The notes under the pieces are model-generated. The model was not told the origin of the DNA. It did no database searches and worked only from the letters and a program-made list of their open reading frames with translations. From Bacteroidota bacterium (GTDB lineage Bacteria; Bacteroidota; Bacteroidia; Flavobacteriales; Flavobacteriaceae), in NCBI GenBank assembly GCA_039184335.1, contig JBCDBD010000012.1, positions 3,780 through 67,779 of the forward strand: a stretch of DNA of 64,000 bases. The letters run 5' to 3'. Each line of letters begins with the position of its first letter. Position 1 is the stretch's first letter. The position numbers were made by a program, and so were the translations under genes. This document shows, piece by piece, positions 47,481 to 59,670 of the stretch.

Positions 47481-48764
47481 TCATCGTTTTTCTAAGTGGA
47501 CAAAATCCCTATGGGTTTCACCTATGTATATTTGCCTTGGCCTTCCTATCGGTTCTTTTCGCAATCGCATTTCACGCCATTGGGCAATCCAACCCGGTAA
47601 TCTTCCCAGCGCGAACATGACCGTGAACATATCAGTGGGAATACCCAAGGCCCTATAGATAATTCCAGAATAGAAATCCACATTCGGATAGAGTTTTCGT
47701 TTCACAAAATAATCATCTTCCAAAGCTTCTTTCTCCAGACCCTTCGCAATTTCCAAAATGGGATCTTCGATACCCAAATCACCAAGCACCTCATCCGCTG
47801 ACTTTTTAATGATCTTTGCCCTGGGATCAAAGTTCTTGTATACCCTATGCCCAAAACCCATTAACCGGAACGGGTCATTCTTATCCTTGGCCTTGGCCAT
47901 ATATTTTTTGGTATCGCCACCATCATCCTCTATGGCTTGCAACATCTCTAAAACGGCCTGGTTGGCTCCACCATGCAAAGGTCCCCATAGGGCTGAAATA
48001 CCCGCTGAAAGCGACGCAAAAAGACCTGCATGCGATGACCCAACGATACGGACCGTAGAGGTAGAGCAGTTCTGTTCATGGTCGGCATGTAGTATCAACA
48101 ACTTGTCCAATGCATCGATGGCGATGCGATTTTTCTTGTATTCTTGGTTGGGCTTTTTGAACATCATTTTATGGATATTCTCAACGTAGCCTAAGGTATC
48201 ATCACCGTAGTCAAGGGGGAGGCCCATTTTTTTGCGCATAGTCCATGCTACCAATACTGGAAATTTGGCTAAAATTCGAACAATGGAACTGTACATGGCC
48301 GTTTCAGAAGAAACATCGACTGAAGTGGGATTAAAAGCAACCAATGCACTTGTCAATGACGACAACACTCCCATGGGATGCGCCGATTTCGGAAAACCAT
48401 CCAAAATCTTTTTCATCTCTTCATCGACATGGGACTCATTTTTAATGTCGTTGTGAAAAGCATCCAACTGTGTCTTATTGGGCAGTTCACCAAAAATCAA
48501 AAGATAGGCCACTTCCAAAAAATCGGCTTTCTCCGCAAGATCTTCAATGGCATAACCGCAATACCTCAAAATACCTTTTTCACCATCTAGAAAGGTTATA
48601 CCACTCTCGCATGATCCCGTATTCTTATATCCTGGATCAATGGTAACGATACCCGTGGTAGCCCTTAATGCCTTAATGTCTATTGCCAGTTCATCCTCAG
48701 TCCCCTTTATTACTGGAAACTCGTATTTCTTCCCTTGAAACTCTATCGTTGCTTTATCTGACAT
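47481..48764 (-). CDS. gltA: citrate synthase
   Basis: 427 aa. It has the GFGHRVYK signature and a type II citrate synthase layout. Confidence 0.95.
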   Translation of the reverse strand: MSDKATIEFQGKKYEFPVIKGTEDELAIDIKALRATTGIVTIDPGYKNTGSCESGITFLDGEKGILRYCGYAIEDLAEKADFLEVAYLLIFGELPNKTQLDAFHNDIKNESHVDEEMKKILDGFPKSAHPMGVLSSLTSALVAFNPTSVDVSSETAMYSSIVRILAKFPVLVAWTMRKKMGLPLDYGDDTLGYVENIHKMMFKKPNQEYKKNRIAIDALDKLLILHADHEQNCSTSTVRIVGSSHAGLFASLSAGISALWGPLHGGANQAVLEMLQAIEDDGGDTKKYMAKAKDKNDPFRLMGFGHRVYKNFDPRAKIIKKSADEVLGDLGIEDPILEIAKGLEKEALEDDYFVKRKLYPNVDFYSGIIYRALGIPTDMFTVMFALGRLPGWIAQWREMRLRKEPIGRPRQIYIGETHRDFVHLEKR

Positions 48765-48890
48765 GTACTATGAAATTTTAATATGATAAGATGTTAAAAT
48801 TAAGAAAAAGCAATGCCATTAACAATTTAAAGCGGTCATTTAGGGTATTGTTAACAACAGGGTTCTCTAGCAATAGTAGACAGAAGAATA

Positions 48891-50426
48891 TTACAGCACA
48901 TATAGATCTTGGTAATATGCATCCACAGATTTTTTCCACGTAAATCGGGCTTTTTTTGCATTTGCCTGGATTTTCTTCCACAAAGGTTTGTCATTGGCAA
49001 AAATGTCAAGTGCCTCATCAAAAACAGCCAGCATATTCTTTATTTTTTCATCATACGAAGCCCCAGCAAAACCAAACCCGGTTTTCATGTGGTTTACCGT
49101 ATCGATCAATCCACCGGTATGGTGTACCAAACAAGGGTTGCCATTACGCATGGAAAGCATTTGACTGATACCACATGGCTCAAACAAACTTGGCATAAAA
49201 TACAGATCTGATTCCAGATAGATGGAATCTATCAAGCTTTCTGATTGTCCGTTTGTAAAAATAAAGTTCTTGTTTTCATAACTGATCTTCCGGAACAACT
49301 CTTCATACTCCGGTGCCCCGGTGCCCAACAACATGAAAATACCATCGACCTTTTCCAATTTTTTCAGAATTTCAATGAAGGCTTCTGGCGATTTTTTAAA
49401 AAAGTAAAATTTTTGTTCTGTAAGCCGTGCAACACTGGAGGCAATGAACTTGGGCTTCTCATCAACATATTCCATGATTTTCTCTCCGGTATGGGCCAAG
49501 AAATCGGCTTTGTATTTCTTTGACTCTTCTTGCAACCACCTAAAAAGGGCTTTCACGGTGTTGCGATATAGCTGTCCTTTGGGCTCAACATTGATGTTCT
49601 TATAGTTGCAACCGTTCAAAATACCAAAAAGACGTCCTTCGTCATCTGCCTGTTTTAAATCTTCCTCCAATCCTTCACCACCAATAAATTCAGGAGGCGA
49701 ACTTGGCAACATCACATCTTTCTTATAGGAGGGTGAAACCGTATGCACGGCATCGGCCAATCGAATACCGACCGCCATTAAGTTGATGCAATCTTGGTAG
49801 CGGTAATCCATCAAACGCCTGCGATCCATTGGAATTTGGGGAAACCAATTCTGGACAGAGGAATAATTGTTCTCAAAAGGCCTAATCCCTTGAATGGCTA
49901 AATTGTGTATGCTATAAACAAACCGCGTATGCTTAAGCACTGTATATTCAGGATGGTATTCCCTCAAGTACAATAACAGACTTGAATGCCAATCGTGCAA
50001 ATGCACGATATCCAAATGGCCAAAAACACCCCGCTTGATGGCCTCTGCCACTCCTGTACAGAAGATGACATACTTTACAAAATCGGTATAAAAAGGTTCT
50101 TCGGGATCATCATGGTAGATATGGGCAATGCCTCCAGGTTCTATTTCAGGATGATGTAGTACATAGTGGTATATGTTTGGAAAACCTTTTTTTGGAGCTA
50201 CTTCATAAAGTTCAGCGGTATAGCCAATTCCTCTAAGGCTAAAATTCAATGTTGTCTTCAAGACACCGTGCTGATGCAATCGCGAATAAGAAGGTACAAT
50301 GATGTGGACTTTATCACCTTTCTCTGAAATTTGTCTAGGCACATCGCGCACAACGTCTCCCATACCCCCGGCCTTACAATTGGCCAAACCATCATTTTCT
50401 GCGGCGGCGAATAAAAAGTTGTTCAT
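48891..50426 (-). CDS. glycogen/starch synthase-like glycosyltransferase (GT5)
   Basis: The N-terminus reads AAAENDGLANCKAGGMGDVV, a variant of the KTGGL motif. The C-terminal GT-B region reads PSLFEPCGISQM. Confidence 0.8.
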   Translation of the reverse strand: MNNFLFAAAENDGLANCKAGGMGDVVRDVPRQISEKGDKVHIIVPSYSRLHQHGVLKTTLNFSLRGIGYTAELYEVAPKKGFPNIYHYVLHHPEIEPGGIAHIYHDDPEEPFYTDFVKYVIFCTGVAEAIKRGVFGHLDIVHLHDWHSSLLLYLREYHPEYTVLKHTRFVYSIHNLAIQGIRPFENNYSSVQNWFPQIPMDRRRLMDYRYQDCINLMAVGIRLADAVHTVSPSYKKDVMLPSSPPEFIGGEGLEEDLKQADDEGRLFGILNGCNYKNINVEPKGQLYRNTVKALFRWLQEESKKYKADFLAHTGEKIMEYVDEKPKFIASSVARLTEQKFYFFKKSPEAFIEILKKLEKVDGIFMLLGTGAPEYEELFRKISYENKNFIFTNGQSESLIDSIYLESDLYFMPSLFEPCGISQMLSMRNGNPCLVHHTGGLIDTVNHMKTGFGFAGASYDEKIKNMLAVFDEALDIFANDKPLWKKIQANAKKARFTWKKSVDAYYQDLYVL

Positions 50427-50485
50427 AAAGTTAGCTTACAAGTTAGTTTGTGTCTAATAAGATACGCTTAAAACAGCTCAAAAAA

Positions 50486-50512
50486 AAGCCTTTCTAAAAT
50501 AAGAAAGGGCTT
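50486..50512 (-). terminator. probable intrinsic terminator after eno
   Basis: An imperfect stem GCCTTTC / GAAAGGGC with a T8 run on the minus strand. Confidence 0.5.
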
Positions 50513-50539
50513 TGGTATATTAAAAAATCGTTACAGCAA

Positions 50540-51856
<1,317 letters not shown>

Positions 51857-51946
51857 TTAATTTGACTAAGATACAAAAGGGAATGGTTTAAGCTTTATGA
51901 TATTGGTCATAATAGCACTTCGTAACCTAAAGATAAATTATAGTGT

Positions 51947-53056
51947 TTAGCTGCGACTAGCTTTAATGGCCTCAAAAAACTGATCAAACAAATAGTCGGC
52001 ATCATGTGGTCCAGGACTTGCTTCTGGATGGTATTGTACCGAAAACACGTTTTTGTATTTCATTCTGATTCCCGCTACGGTTTGATCATTTAAATGGGTA
52101 TGGGTAATTTCCATATCTGGATGCGCTTCTGTTTCTTCGCGATTAATGGCAAAACCATGGTTTTGTGATGTAATTTCACCTTTACCTGTAATCATATTCA
52201 AAATGGGATGGTTGATCCCCCGATGTCCGTTATGCATTTTATAGGTTGAAATTCCATTTGCCAACGCCAATACCTGATGTCCCAAACAAATACCAAATAG
52301 GGGTTTGTTTGTCTTCAAGATCTCTTTGGTGGTTGCAATGGCTTCTGTCAAGGGTTCTGGATCACCAGGCCCATTGGATATGAAATACCCATCAGGGGCC
52401 CATTCGGCCATGTCATTTTTTGATGCATTGTATGGAAAAACCTTGATGTAGGCATCTCTTTTTGCCAGATTTCGAAGAATGTTCTTTTTGATCCCTATAT
52501 CCAGCGCTGAAATTTTGTAGGTAGCGTTCTTATCGCCAAAAAAATAAGGTTCGCTTGTAGAGACCTTAGAGGCAAGTTCCAACCCTTTCATACTGGGGAT
52601 TTGTTTTAACTCTTCTTTTAAGGCCTCGACCTCATCTACCCTGGTCGATATCAAGGCGTTCATGGCCCCATTATCGCGAATGTAACTGACCAAGGCCCTT
52701 GTATCTACATCAGATATTGCCAAGAGTCCATTCTTTTCCAAAAACGATAGCAATCCATCGGCTCCAGGACGCGAATATTCATAACTGAAATTCTTGCAGA
52801 CAAGACCCGCGATTTTTATGGAGTCAGATTCCACTTCTTCAGAAAGGGTGCCATAATTGCCAATGTGCGCATTGGTCATTACCATTAGTTGCCCGTAATA
52901 AGAGGGATCTGTAAAAATCTCTTGGTAACCGGTCATGCCCGTATTGAAACAAACCTCACCAAATGCCGTACCTTGCCTATCGCCTACTGCTTTTCCATAA
53001 AAAACAGTACCGTCTTCCAGTAATAAAAGTGCTCTTTTCCTTTTTTGATATTTCAT
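51947..53056 (-). CDS. carA: carbamoyl-phosphate synthase small (glutaminase) subunit
   Basis: 369 aa. It has the GATase triad region FGICLGHQ and HGHRG.NHP. Confidence 0.95.
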   Translation of the reverse strand: MKYQKRKRALLLLEDGTVFYGKAVGDRQGTAFGEVCFNTGMTGYQEIFTDPSYYGQLMVMTNAHIGNYGTLSEEVESDSIKIAGLVCKNFSYEYSRPGADGLLSFLEKNGLLAISDVDTRALVSYIRDNGAMNALISTRVDEVEALKEELKQIPSMKGLELASKVSTSEPYFFGDKNATYKISALDIGIKKNILRNLAKRDAYIKVFPYNASKNDMAEWAPDGYFISNGPGDPEPLTEAIATTKEILKTNKPLFGICLGHQVLALANGISTYKMHNGHRGINHPILNMITGKGEITSQNHGFAINREETEAHPDMEITHTHLNDQTVAGIRMKYKNVFSVQYHPEASPGPHDADYLFDQFFEAIKASRS

Positions 53057-53090
53057 GTTACAATTAAGATTTCACAAAAAAACATAAAAA

Positions 53091-53114
53091 AAGGATACGT
53101 TTTAGCGTATCCTT
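53091..53114 (-). terminator. intrinsic terminator after rplQ
   Basis: AAGGATACG / CGTATCCTT stem with T-runs on both sides. Confidence 0.65.
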
Positions 53115-53143
53115 TTTTCTATTTTGAACTAGTAATTAACATT

Positions 53144-53650
53144 CTATTCCTCTGAGTCATCAACGGCCACCTCTGTATCTACCACAGGGGCTGTTTCAGC
53201 TTTTTTGGTTCCGCCTCCCCTTCTACTTCTACGTGTCGATTTCTTTTTAGGTTTATCGGCATTGTACAACTCGTTAAAATCGACCAATTCTATCATTGCC
53301 ATATCTGCATTGTCCCCAAGACGGTTACCCAGTTTGATGATTCTGGTATAACCCCCCGGGCGATCACCGACTTTTTCGGCTACCGTACCAAAAAGTTCTG
53401 TAACGGCATACTTGTTCCGTAGGTTTCTAAAAACAATCCGTCGATTGTGGGTGCCACTTTCTGTGGTTTGGTTGTTCTCAGATTTTGACTTTGTGATCAA
53501 GGGCTCAATGAACTGCTTCAAGGCCTTTGCTTTGGCTACCGTAGTATTGATTCGCTTATGCTCTATAAGGGAACATGCCATATTGGCCAACATCGCCTTT
53601 CGATGTGCCGCAGTTCTGCCCAAGTGATTGAATTTCTTTCCGTGTCTCAT
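53144..53650 (-). CDS. rplQ: 50S ribosomal protein L17
   Basis: The [22 protein letters not shown]-terminus fits L17, and the position after rpoA supports it. Confidence 0.95.
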   Translation of the reverse strand: MRHGKKFNHLGRTAAHRKAMLANMACSLIEHKRINTTVAKAKALKQFIEPLITKSKSENNQTTESGTHNRRIVFRNLRNKYAVTELFGTVAEKVGDRPGGYTRIIKLGNRLGDNADMAMIELVDFNELYNADKPKKKSTRRSRRGGGTKKAETAPVVDTEVAVDDSEE

Positions 53651-53715
53651 GTTTTCGATTTATCATCTTGCTACCAGACCCCAACAAAATCATCGGGGGA
53701 GCAAAATATGATTAT

Positions 53716-54708
53716 TTAATCCTTATCCAGTTTATATTTGGTCAAATCCATTCCAAATTGAAGTCCCTTATTGATGACCAATTCTTCCAATTCGGTCAAT
53801 GATTTTTTACCAAAGTTTCTAAATTTCATCAAATCGTTCTTATTGAAAGAAACCAAGTCACCCAAGGTATCCACTTCAGCAGCTTTCAAACAGTTCAATG
53901 CACGGACCGACAGGTCCATATCGACCAACTTGGTCTTTAACAACTGGCGCATATGCAATGATTCTTCATCATAAGTCTCAGTCTGGGCAATCTCATCAGC
54001 TTCCAATGTAATTCTTTCGTCAGAGAAAAGCATAAAGTGATGGATCAAGACTTTCGCAGCTTCGGTCAATGCATCTTTAGGATGGATAGAACCATCGGTA
54101 ACAATCTCAAAAACCAGCTTTTCATAATCGGTCTTTTGTTCTACCCTAAAGTTCTCAATACTGTACTTTACGTTTTTTACTGGCGTATAAACGGAGTCCA
54201 CTGCAATACTTCCTAGGGGTGAATTTGATTTCTTGTTTTCTTCTGCAGGAACATAGCCACGCCCTTTTTCAATGATTACCTCAAGATTGATCGCCACTTT
54301 GGGATCCATGTTACAAATCACCAAATCGGGGTTCAATACTTGATATCCTGAAATAAATTTTTGGAAATCCCCAGCTGTCAGTTGCTCTTTACCACTAACG
54401 GAAACAGAAACCGCCTCACTCTCAACATCCTCGATCTGCCTCTTAAAACGAACCTGTTTTAAATTCAATATAATTTCAGTAACATCTTCAACAACACCAG
54501 GGATGACCGAGAATTCGTGCTCAACCCCATCAATTCGAACCGATGTTATTGCAAAACCTTCCAAAGAGGAAAGTAGTACTCTTCGCAATGCGTTCCCAAC
54601 AGTCAATCCATAGCCAGGCTCCAAAGGGCGGAATTCAAATTTCCCTTCGAAATCTGTTGAGTCTATCATTATAACTTTATCGGGCTTTTGAAAATTAAGT
54701 AATGCCAT
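53716..54708 (-). CDS. rpoA: DNA-directed RNA polymerase subunit alpha
   Basis: 330 aa. It has [18 protein letters not shown] and a C-terminal domain with [10 protein letters not shown]. Confidence 0.97.
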   Translation of the reverse strand: MALLNFQKPDKVIMIDSTDFEGKFEFRPLEPGYGLTVGNALRRVLLSSLEGFAITSVRIDGVEHEFSVIPGVVEDVTEIILNLKQVRFKRQIEDVESEAVSVSVSGKEQLTAGDFQKFISGYQVLNPDLVICNMDPKVAINLEVIIEKGRGYVPAEENKKSNSPLGSIAVDSVYTPVKNVKYSIENFRVEQKTDYEKLVFEIVTDGSIHPKDALTEAAKVLIHHFMLFSDERITLEADEIAQTETYDEESLHMRQLLKTKLVDMDLSVRALNCLKAAEVDTLGDLVSFNKNDLMKFRNFGKKSLTELEELVINKGLQFGMDLTKYKLDKD

Positions 54709-54727
54709 AATTGGATCTGTGTTGTTT

Positions 54728-55333
54728 TTATTTAGAATATAACTCGACGATTAGCTGTTCTTTGATGTTCTCAGGAATCTGAAGTCTTTCGGGCACTGTG
54801 ACGAAAGTACCTTCTTTCTTTTCCGTATTCCATGTCATCCATTCATAAACGCTACTGTTGTTGGCCAAAGAATCTACAATGGCCTGAACAGATTTAGATT
54901 TTTCACGAACACCCACAACATCGCCAGGTCTTAATGAATATGAGGGAATGTTGACCAATTCACCATTAACAGTGATATGACGGTGCGACACCAACTGTCT
55001 TGCACCCCTTCTGGAAGGGGCGATACCCATTCTATAGACCACATTGTCTAAACGTGATTCACAGAGTTGCAAAAGCACCTCACCGGTTACGCCCTCTTTT
55101 CTTTTGGCAGTAGCGAACAAATTTCTAAACTGCCGCTCTAAAATACCGTACGTATACTTTGCTTTTTGCTTTTCCATCAACTGGATAGCGTATTCTGACT
55201 TCTTACCACGGCGACGGTTGTTACCATGTTGTCCCGGAGGGTAATTCTTCTTTTCGAAGGCCTTATCGTCTCCGAATATTGCCTCACCAAACTTACGGGC
55301 AATCTTTGATTTTGGTCCTGTATATCTTGCCAT
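54728..55333 (-). CDS. rpsD: 30S ribosomal protein S4
   Basis: [17 protein letters not shown]... It is 201 aa. Confidence 0.97.
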   Translation of the reverse strand: MARYTGPKSKIARKFGEAIFGDDKAFEKKNYPPGQHGNNRRRGKKSEYAIQLMEKQKAKYTYGILERQFRNLFATAKRKEGVTGEVLLQLCESRLDNVVYRMGIAPSRRGARQLVSHRHITVNGELVNIPSYSLRPGDVVGVREKSKSVQAIVDSLANNSSVYEWMTWNTEKKEGTFVTVPERLQIPENIKEQLIVELYSK

Positions 55334-55409
55334 CTTCTGATTTTTTGGAAGTGTGATTATGAATTAAGGCTTATCCTTCGACAATCTTTTGTACACTCCC
55401 GTGTGAAAA

Positions 55410-55425
55410 TCCGCCTTGGGGCGGA
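55410..55425 (-). terminator. terminator-like hairpin between rpsK and rpsD
   Basis: The minus strand reads TCCGCC-CCAA-GGCGGA followed by TTTTC, 15 nt after the rpsK stop. Confidence 0.4.
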
Positions 55426-55440
55426 CCATATTAAATTAAT

Positions 55441-55833
55441 TTATACTCTTCTTCTTTTTGGAGGTCGACAACCATTGTGGGGCATTGGGGTAACATCAAT
55501 GATTTCAATAACCTCGATGCCTGAATTATGGATTGAACGTATAGCAGACTCTCTACCATTACCAGGTCCTTTGACAAAGACCTTGACTTTTCGCAAGCCT
55601 GCTTCGTGGGCCACTTTTGCACAATCTTCAGCAGCTACCTGGGCCGCGTAGGGTGTATTTTTCTTAGACCCCCGAAACCCTTGTTTGCCTGCAGAAGACC
55701 ATGAAATCACGTCTCCTTTTTTGTTTGTCAAGGAAATAATGATATTATTGAAAGATGCGGTAATATGTGCTTCACCGGTAGCATCGACTATTACTTTACG
55801 CTTTTTTGTTGTTTTCGTATTTGCTTTTGCCAT
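55441..55833 (-). CDS. rpsK: 30S ribosomal protein S11
   Basis: 130 aa, ...[27 protein letters not shown]... Confidence 0.97.
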   Translation of the reverse strand: MAKANTKTTKKRKVIVDATGEAHITASFNNIIISLTNKKGDVISWSSAGKQGFRGSKKNTPYAAQVAAEDCAKVAHEAGLRKVKVFVKGPGNGRESAIRSIHNSGIEVIEIIDVTPMPHNGCRPPKRRRV

Positions 55834-55940
55834 ATTTTTTAGTTTCTAGCTGTTAGTTCTTAGCTATTGGAATCCTAAACTTTTACATTTCAAACAGATT
55901 CTTCTAACTTCTAAAGACTAATGACTACTGTCTGTATTAA

Positions 55941-56315
55941 TTATTTGGTCGCCTTTTTCTTGTTGGCAACTGTTTTACGCTTTCCTTTTCTTGTCCTAGA
56001 ATTATTTTTGGTGCGTTGGCCCCTTAAAGGCAACCCTGACCTGTGGCGGATACCTCTGTAACAACCAATGTCCATCAATCGCTTAATGTTAAGTTGCGTT
56101 TCAGAACGAAGCTCTCCTTCAATGGTATATGAAGAAACCGCATCACGAATACGACCAATTTCATCATCGTTCCAGTCTGATACCTTGGTGTCTTCGCTAA
56201 CTTGGGCTTTTTCTAAAATATCTTTAGCCCTACTTTTTCCGATACCGTAAATATAGGTCAGCGAAATAATGCCTCGCTTTTGTTTTGGTATGTCTACACC
56301 TGCAATTCTTGCCAT
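55941..56315 (-). CDS. rpsM: 30S ribosomal protein S13
   Basis: [15 protein letters not shown]... It is 124 aa. Confidence 0.97.
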   Translation of the reverse strand: MARIAGVDIPKQKRGIISLTYIYGIGKSRAKDILEKAQVSEDTKVSDWNDDEIGRIRDAVSSYTIEGELRSETQLNIKRLMDIGCYRGIRHRSGLPLRGQRTKNNSRTRKGKRKTVANKKKATK

Positions 56316-56317
56316 AA

Positions 56318-56434
56318 CTACCCTTGTCTTTGTTTAAATCTAGGATTCTTTTTGTTGATTACGTACAATCTGCCCTTTCTACGTACAATCTTGCAGTCTG
56401 CACTTCTTTTCTTTATGGATGCCCTTACCTTCAT
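56318..56434 (-). CDS. rpmJ: 50S ribosomal protein L36
   Basis: My own translation gives [38 protein letters not shown]. It is below the track cutoff. It lies between infA and rpsM, as expected. Confidence 0.9.
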   Translation of the reverse strand: MKVRASIKKRSADCKIVRRKGRLYVINKKNPRFKQRQG

Positions 56435-56445
56435 CGCTATTTCTC

Positions 56446-56661
56446 TTAATATCTATATGTAATTCTTGCCTTGGTCAAATCATACGGACTCATTTCAAGT
56501 TTCACCTTATCGCCTGGTAATAATTTAATATAATGCATACGCATTTTGCCAGAGATATGTGCCGTTACGATATGGCCATTTTCCAATTCTACCCGAAACA
56601 TGGCATTTGACAATGCTTCGATTATACTTCCGTCTTGTTCTATTGCTGGCTGTTTTGCCAT
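56446..56661 (-). CDS. infA: translation initiation factor IF-1
   Basis: 71 aa, ...[39 protein letters not shown]... Confidence 0.97.
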   Translation of the reverse strand: MAKQPAIEQDGSIIEALSNAMFRVELENGHIVTAHISGKMRMHYIKLLPGDKVKLEMSPYDLTKARITYRY

Positions 56662-56768
56662 ATTCTAGTTATTGGTTTTCAGTTGTAAGCTATATGTGTC
56701 ATTCATTATTCATCAATTGTTACCCACTAAATCTCACAACTGTTTGCTTCTAACTTTCTAATACTTAC

Positions 56769-58112
56769 CTATGCTACTTTTCTGTTCTTACCGGTCTTCA
56801 TCAATCCGTCATAATGCCTGTTCAACAGATACGAGTTTACCTGTTGCACGGTATCAATGGCAACGCCCACCATAATCAGCAATGAGGTACCTCCATAAAA
56901 TAAGGCCCACCCGGCTTGAACGTCCATTAATTTGACAACTACTGCAGGGAGTACTGCCAACAATGCCAAGAAAACAGACCCTGGGAATGTAATCAACGAC
57001 ATGATCTTATCTAAATAGTCGCCCGTTTCTTTACCTGGACGGATGCCAGGAATAAAACCTCCGCTTCTTTTTAAGTCGTCGGCCATTTTATTGGTCGGAA
57101 CCGTGATGGCCGTATAGAAATAGGTAAAGATGATAATCAATATCGCAAATAATATATTGTATGCCAAGCCAAAAATATCTGCAAACTGAACTTCCATCCA
57201 CTGGCCTACAGCCGTATTGTTGAACGTTCTACCCAATAGGTTCGGGGCGAACATAATGGCTTGTGCGAAAATGATGGGCATTACCCCCGAAGCATTTAGC
57301 TTCAATGGAATATATTGTCTCGAACCCACAATATTCTTTTCATACCCTCCTGAAGCACTTCTTCTTGCATATTGTACAGGTATCTGCCGGATTGCCATTA
57401 CCAAAAGTACACTGGCCAAAATGACCAAGAACCAAATGATGACCTCAATCAATATAAACATCAGACCACCCGTATTGTTAGTAGTACGTGAGATGAACTC
57501 TTGTACAAAAGATTGTGGCATTGTAGCTATGATACCTATCATGATCAATAGTGAGATACCATTACCGATACCCTTATCTGTAATCTTTTCGCCCAGCCAC
57601 ATGGCAAAAACACATCCGGTCACTAAAATGACCACTGCAGGAATTATGAAGTCTAACCCCTTACCTAAGACAAAGGCACTATTTGGCACACCCAATGCTT
57701 CTAGACCATACAGATAGGCCGGGGCTTGAACGATACAGATACCAATGGTAAGCCACCTTGTGATTTGATTTTTGGTCTTTCTGCCACTTTCCCCTTCTTT
57801 ATCCAATTTCTGCAAATAAGGAATGGCAATACTCATTAACTGAACCACAATAGAGGCTGATATATATGGCATAATGCCAAGGGCAAATACCGATGCATTT
57901 GCAAATGCGCCCCCTGTAAATGCGTTTAAGATACCCAATATACCCTGTTCGGTATTAGAGGTCAATTGGGCCAATTGAGTGGTATCGATACCCGGAAGCA
58001 CCACTTGGGCACCAAAACGGTAAACAAGCAATAAGCCAAGGGTAACCAAAATACGTTGCCTTAGCTCTTCAATTTTCCAAATATTCGATATGGTCTCAAT
58101 AAATTTCTTCAT
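56769..58112 (-). CDS. secY: preprotein translocase subunit SecY
   Basis: 447 aa, 10-TM SecY-like, following rplO. Confidence 0.97.
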   Translation of the reverse strand: MKKFIETISNIWKIEELRQRILVTLGLLLVYRFGAQVVLPGIDTTQLAQLTSNTEQGILGILNAFTGGAFANASVFALGIMPYISASIVVQLMSIAIPYLQKLDKEGESGRKTKNQITRWLTIGICIVQAPAYLYGLEALGVPNSAFVLGKGLDFIIPAVVILVTGCVFAMWLGEKITDKGIGNGISLLIMIGIIATMPQSFVQEFISRTTNNTGGLMFILIEVIIWFLVILASVLLVMAIRQIPVQYARRSASGGYEKNIVGSRQYIPLKLNASGVMPIIFAQAIMFAPNLLGRTFNNTAVGQWMEVQFADIFGLAYNILFAILIIIFTYFYTAITVPTNKMADDLKRSGGFIPGIRPGKETGDYLDKIMSLITFPGSVFLALLAVLPAVVVKLMDVQAGWALFYGGTSLLIMVGVAIDTVQQVNSYLLNRHYDGLMKTGKNRKVA

Positions 58113-58124
58113 AGTGTACTTTGG

Positions 58125-58577
58125 TTATAAACTTATTGCTTCTCCTCCAGCTGCTTCAATGGCTGCCTTGGCAGATGCACTAAATTTATGTGCAGAAACC
58201 TTGAGCTTGGCCTTCAATTCGCCACCACCCAAAATCTTTACCAAATCATTCTTTTTTGCCAATCTGTTCTCAATCAAATGATCAAGGGTAACCTCGTCTT
58301 TCAGAACCTTGTTGTCAACCAAAGCCTGTAATTTATCCAAGTTGACACCTTGATATTCTTTTCGATTGATATTTTTAAACCCGAATTTAGGAACCCGTCT
58401 CTGAAGGGGCATTTGCCCCCCCTCAAAACCAATCTTTTTAGAATATCCAGATCGCGACTTTGCACCTTTATGTCCACGTGCGGCAGTTCCTCCTTTTCCA
58501 GATCCTTGGCCTCTTCCAAGTCGCTTTCCATCTCGATTTTTTGATCCTTCCGCTGGTTTTAAGCTACTTAAATACAT
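58125..58577 (-). CDS. rplO: 50S ribosomal protein L15
   Basis: 150 aa with a Gly/Lys/Arg-rich N-terminus (GRGQGSGKGGTAARGHKG). Confidence 0.95.
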   Translation of the reverse strand: MYLSSLKPAEGSKNRDGKRLGRGQGSGKGGTAARGHKGAKSRSGYSKKIGFEGGQMPLQRRVPKFGFKNINRKEYQGVNLDKLQALVDNKVLKDEVTLDHLIENRLAKKNDLVKILGGGELKAKLKVSAHKFSASAKAAIEAAGGEAISL

Positions 58578-58590
58578 TTCTATTCTTCGT

Positions 58591-58773
58591 TTATGCCTCC
58601 TCAGTGGAAACCAAATGTTTTACTTTATCTATCATTCCAAGGATGTTTGGGGTAGCATCATGTTCGACTACCTGTCCAATTTTCCTTAACCCTAGCGCCT
58701 CAAGGGTACGCTTTTGGTTCTGCGGTTTTTTTATGGCACTTTTCAATTGCCTTACTTTGATTTTTGCCATCAT
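58591..58773 (-). CDS. rpmD: 50S ribosomal protein L30
   Basis: About 59 aa, AKIKVRQLKSAIKKPQNQKRTLEALGLRKIGQ. Confidence 0.93.
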   Translation of the reverse strand: MMAKIKVRQLKSAIKKPQNQKRTLEALGLRKIGQVVEHDATPNILGMIDKVKHLVSTEEA

Positions 58774-59298
58774 CTATCCTTTAAAAACTTTTTCTAGACT
58801 TACACCTCGCTGCTTGGCCACCATACCAGCGTCCCTAAGTTGTAAAAGGGCATCAAAAGTTGCTTTTACGACATTATGCGGATTTGAAGAGCCCTGTGAT
58901 TTTGAAAGCACATCATGGACCCCGACAGCTTCCAGTACGGCACGAACCGCACCGCCCGCTATGACTCCCGTACCTTGTGAGGCAGGTTGAATATAAACAC
59001 GTGCACCACCGTACTTCCCCTTTTGTTGGTGTGGTAAAGTACCTTTGTTCAAAGGAATACGTACTAGGTTCTTTTTCGCATCTTCAATAGCTTTTGCAAT
59101 GGCAGTGGCAACTTCTTTCGATTTTCCCAATCCGTGGCCGACCACACCATTTTCATCTCCGACAACGACGATTGCAGAAAAACCAAAGGCTCTACCACCT
59201 TTGGTAACTTTGGTCACCCTTTGTACACCAACGAGACGGTCTTTTAATTCCAGACCTCCTGGCTTTACAATCTCAACATTTTTGTATTTCTGGTACAT
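58774..59298 (-). CDS. rpsE: 30S ribosomal protein S5
   Basis: 174 aa, [24 protein letters not shown]. Confidence 0.97.
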   Translation of the reverse strand: MYQKYKNVEIVKPGGLELKDRLVGVQRVTKVTKGGRAFGFSAIVVVGDENGVVGHGLGKSKEVATAIAKAIEDAKKNLVRIPLNKGTLPHQQKGKYGGARVYIQPASQGTGVIAGGAVRAVLEAVGVHDVLSKSQGSSNPHNVVKATFDALLQLRDAGMVAKQRGVSLEKVFKG

Positions 59299-59304
59299 AT
59301 TGTT

Positions 59305-59658
59305 CTAGAATTTAAGTCCGGCTTCCCTGGCACCTTCTGCCAATGATCTTACCCTTCCGTGATATAGATTACCGCCCCTATCAAAGGCTACTTGTTCAAC
59401 TCCAATTTTTGTGGCCTTTTCAGCAATGGCCTTACCTACTAAATTGGCAACTTCCATTTTAGTGCCCTTGGCATCGATATCTTTGTCCCTAGATGATGCG
59501 GCAGCCAATGTTTTGCCATTTTCGTCATCAATGACCTGGGCATAGATTTCTTTATTGCTACGGAACACGGCCAAGCGTGGTCTTGTGGATGTACCGAAGG
59601 ATATTTTTCTGATTCTTCTTCTTATCCGTAGTCTTCTATCGGTTTTGGATAATGCCAT
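59305..59658 (-). CDS. rplR: 50S ribosomal protein L18
   Basis: 117 aa, [20 protein letters not shown]...[12 protein letters not shown]. Confidence 0.97.
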   Translation of the reverse strand: MALSKTDRRLRIRRRIRKISFGTSTRPRLAVFRSNKEIYAQVIDDENGKTLAAASSRDKDIDAKGTKMEVANLVGKAIAEKATKIGVEQVAFDRGGNLYHGRVRSLAEGAREAGLKF

Positions 59659-59670
59659 ATTTTTTTCTTA

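Noticed and set aside
57217-58990. Plus-strand ORFs of 166 and 176 aa lie inside secY and the rplO-rpmD-rpsE region.
   Set aside because: They are antisense to universally conserved ribosomal/Sec genes, so they are shadow ORFs.
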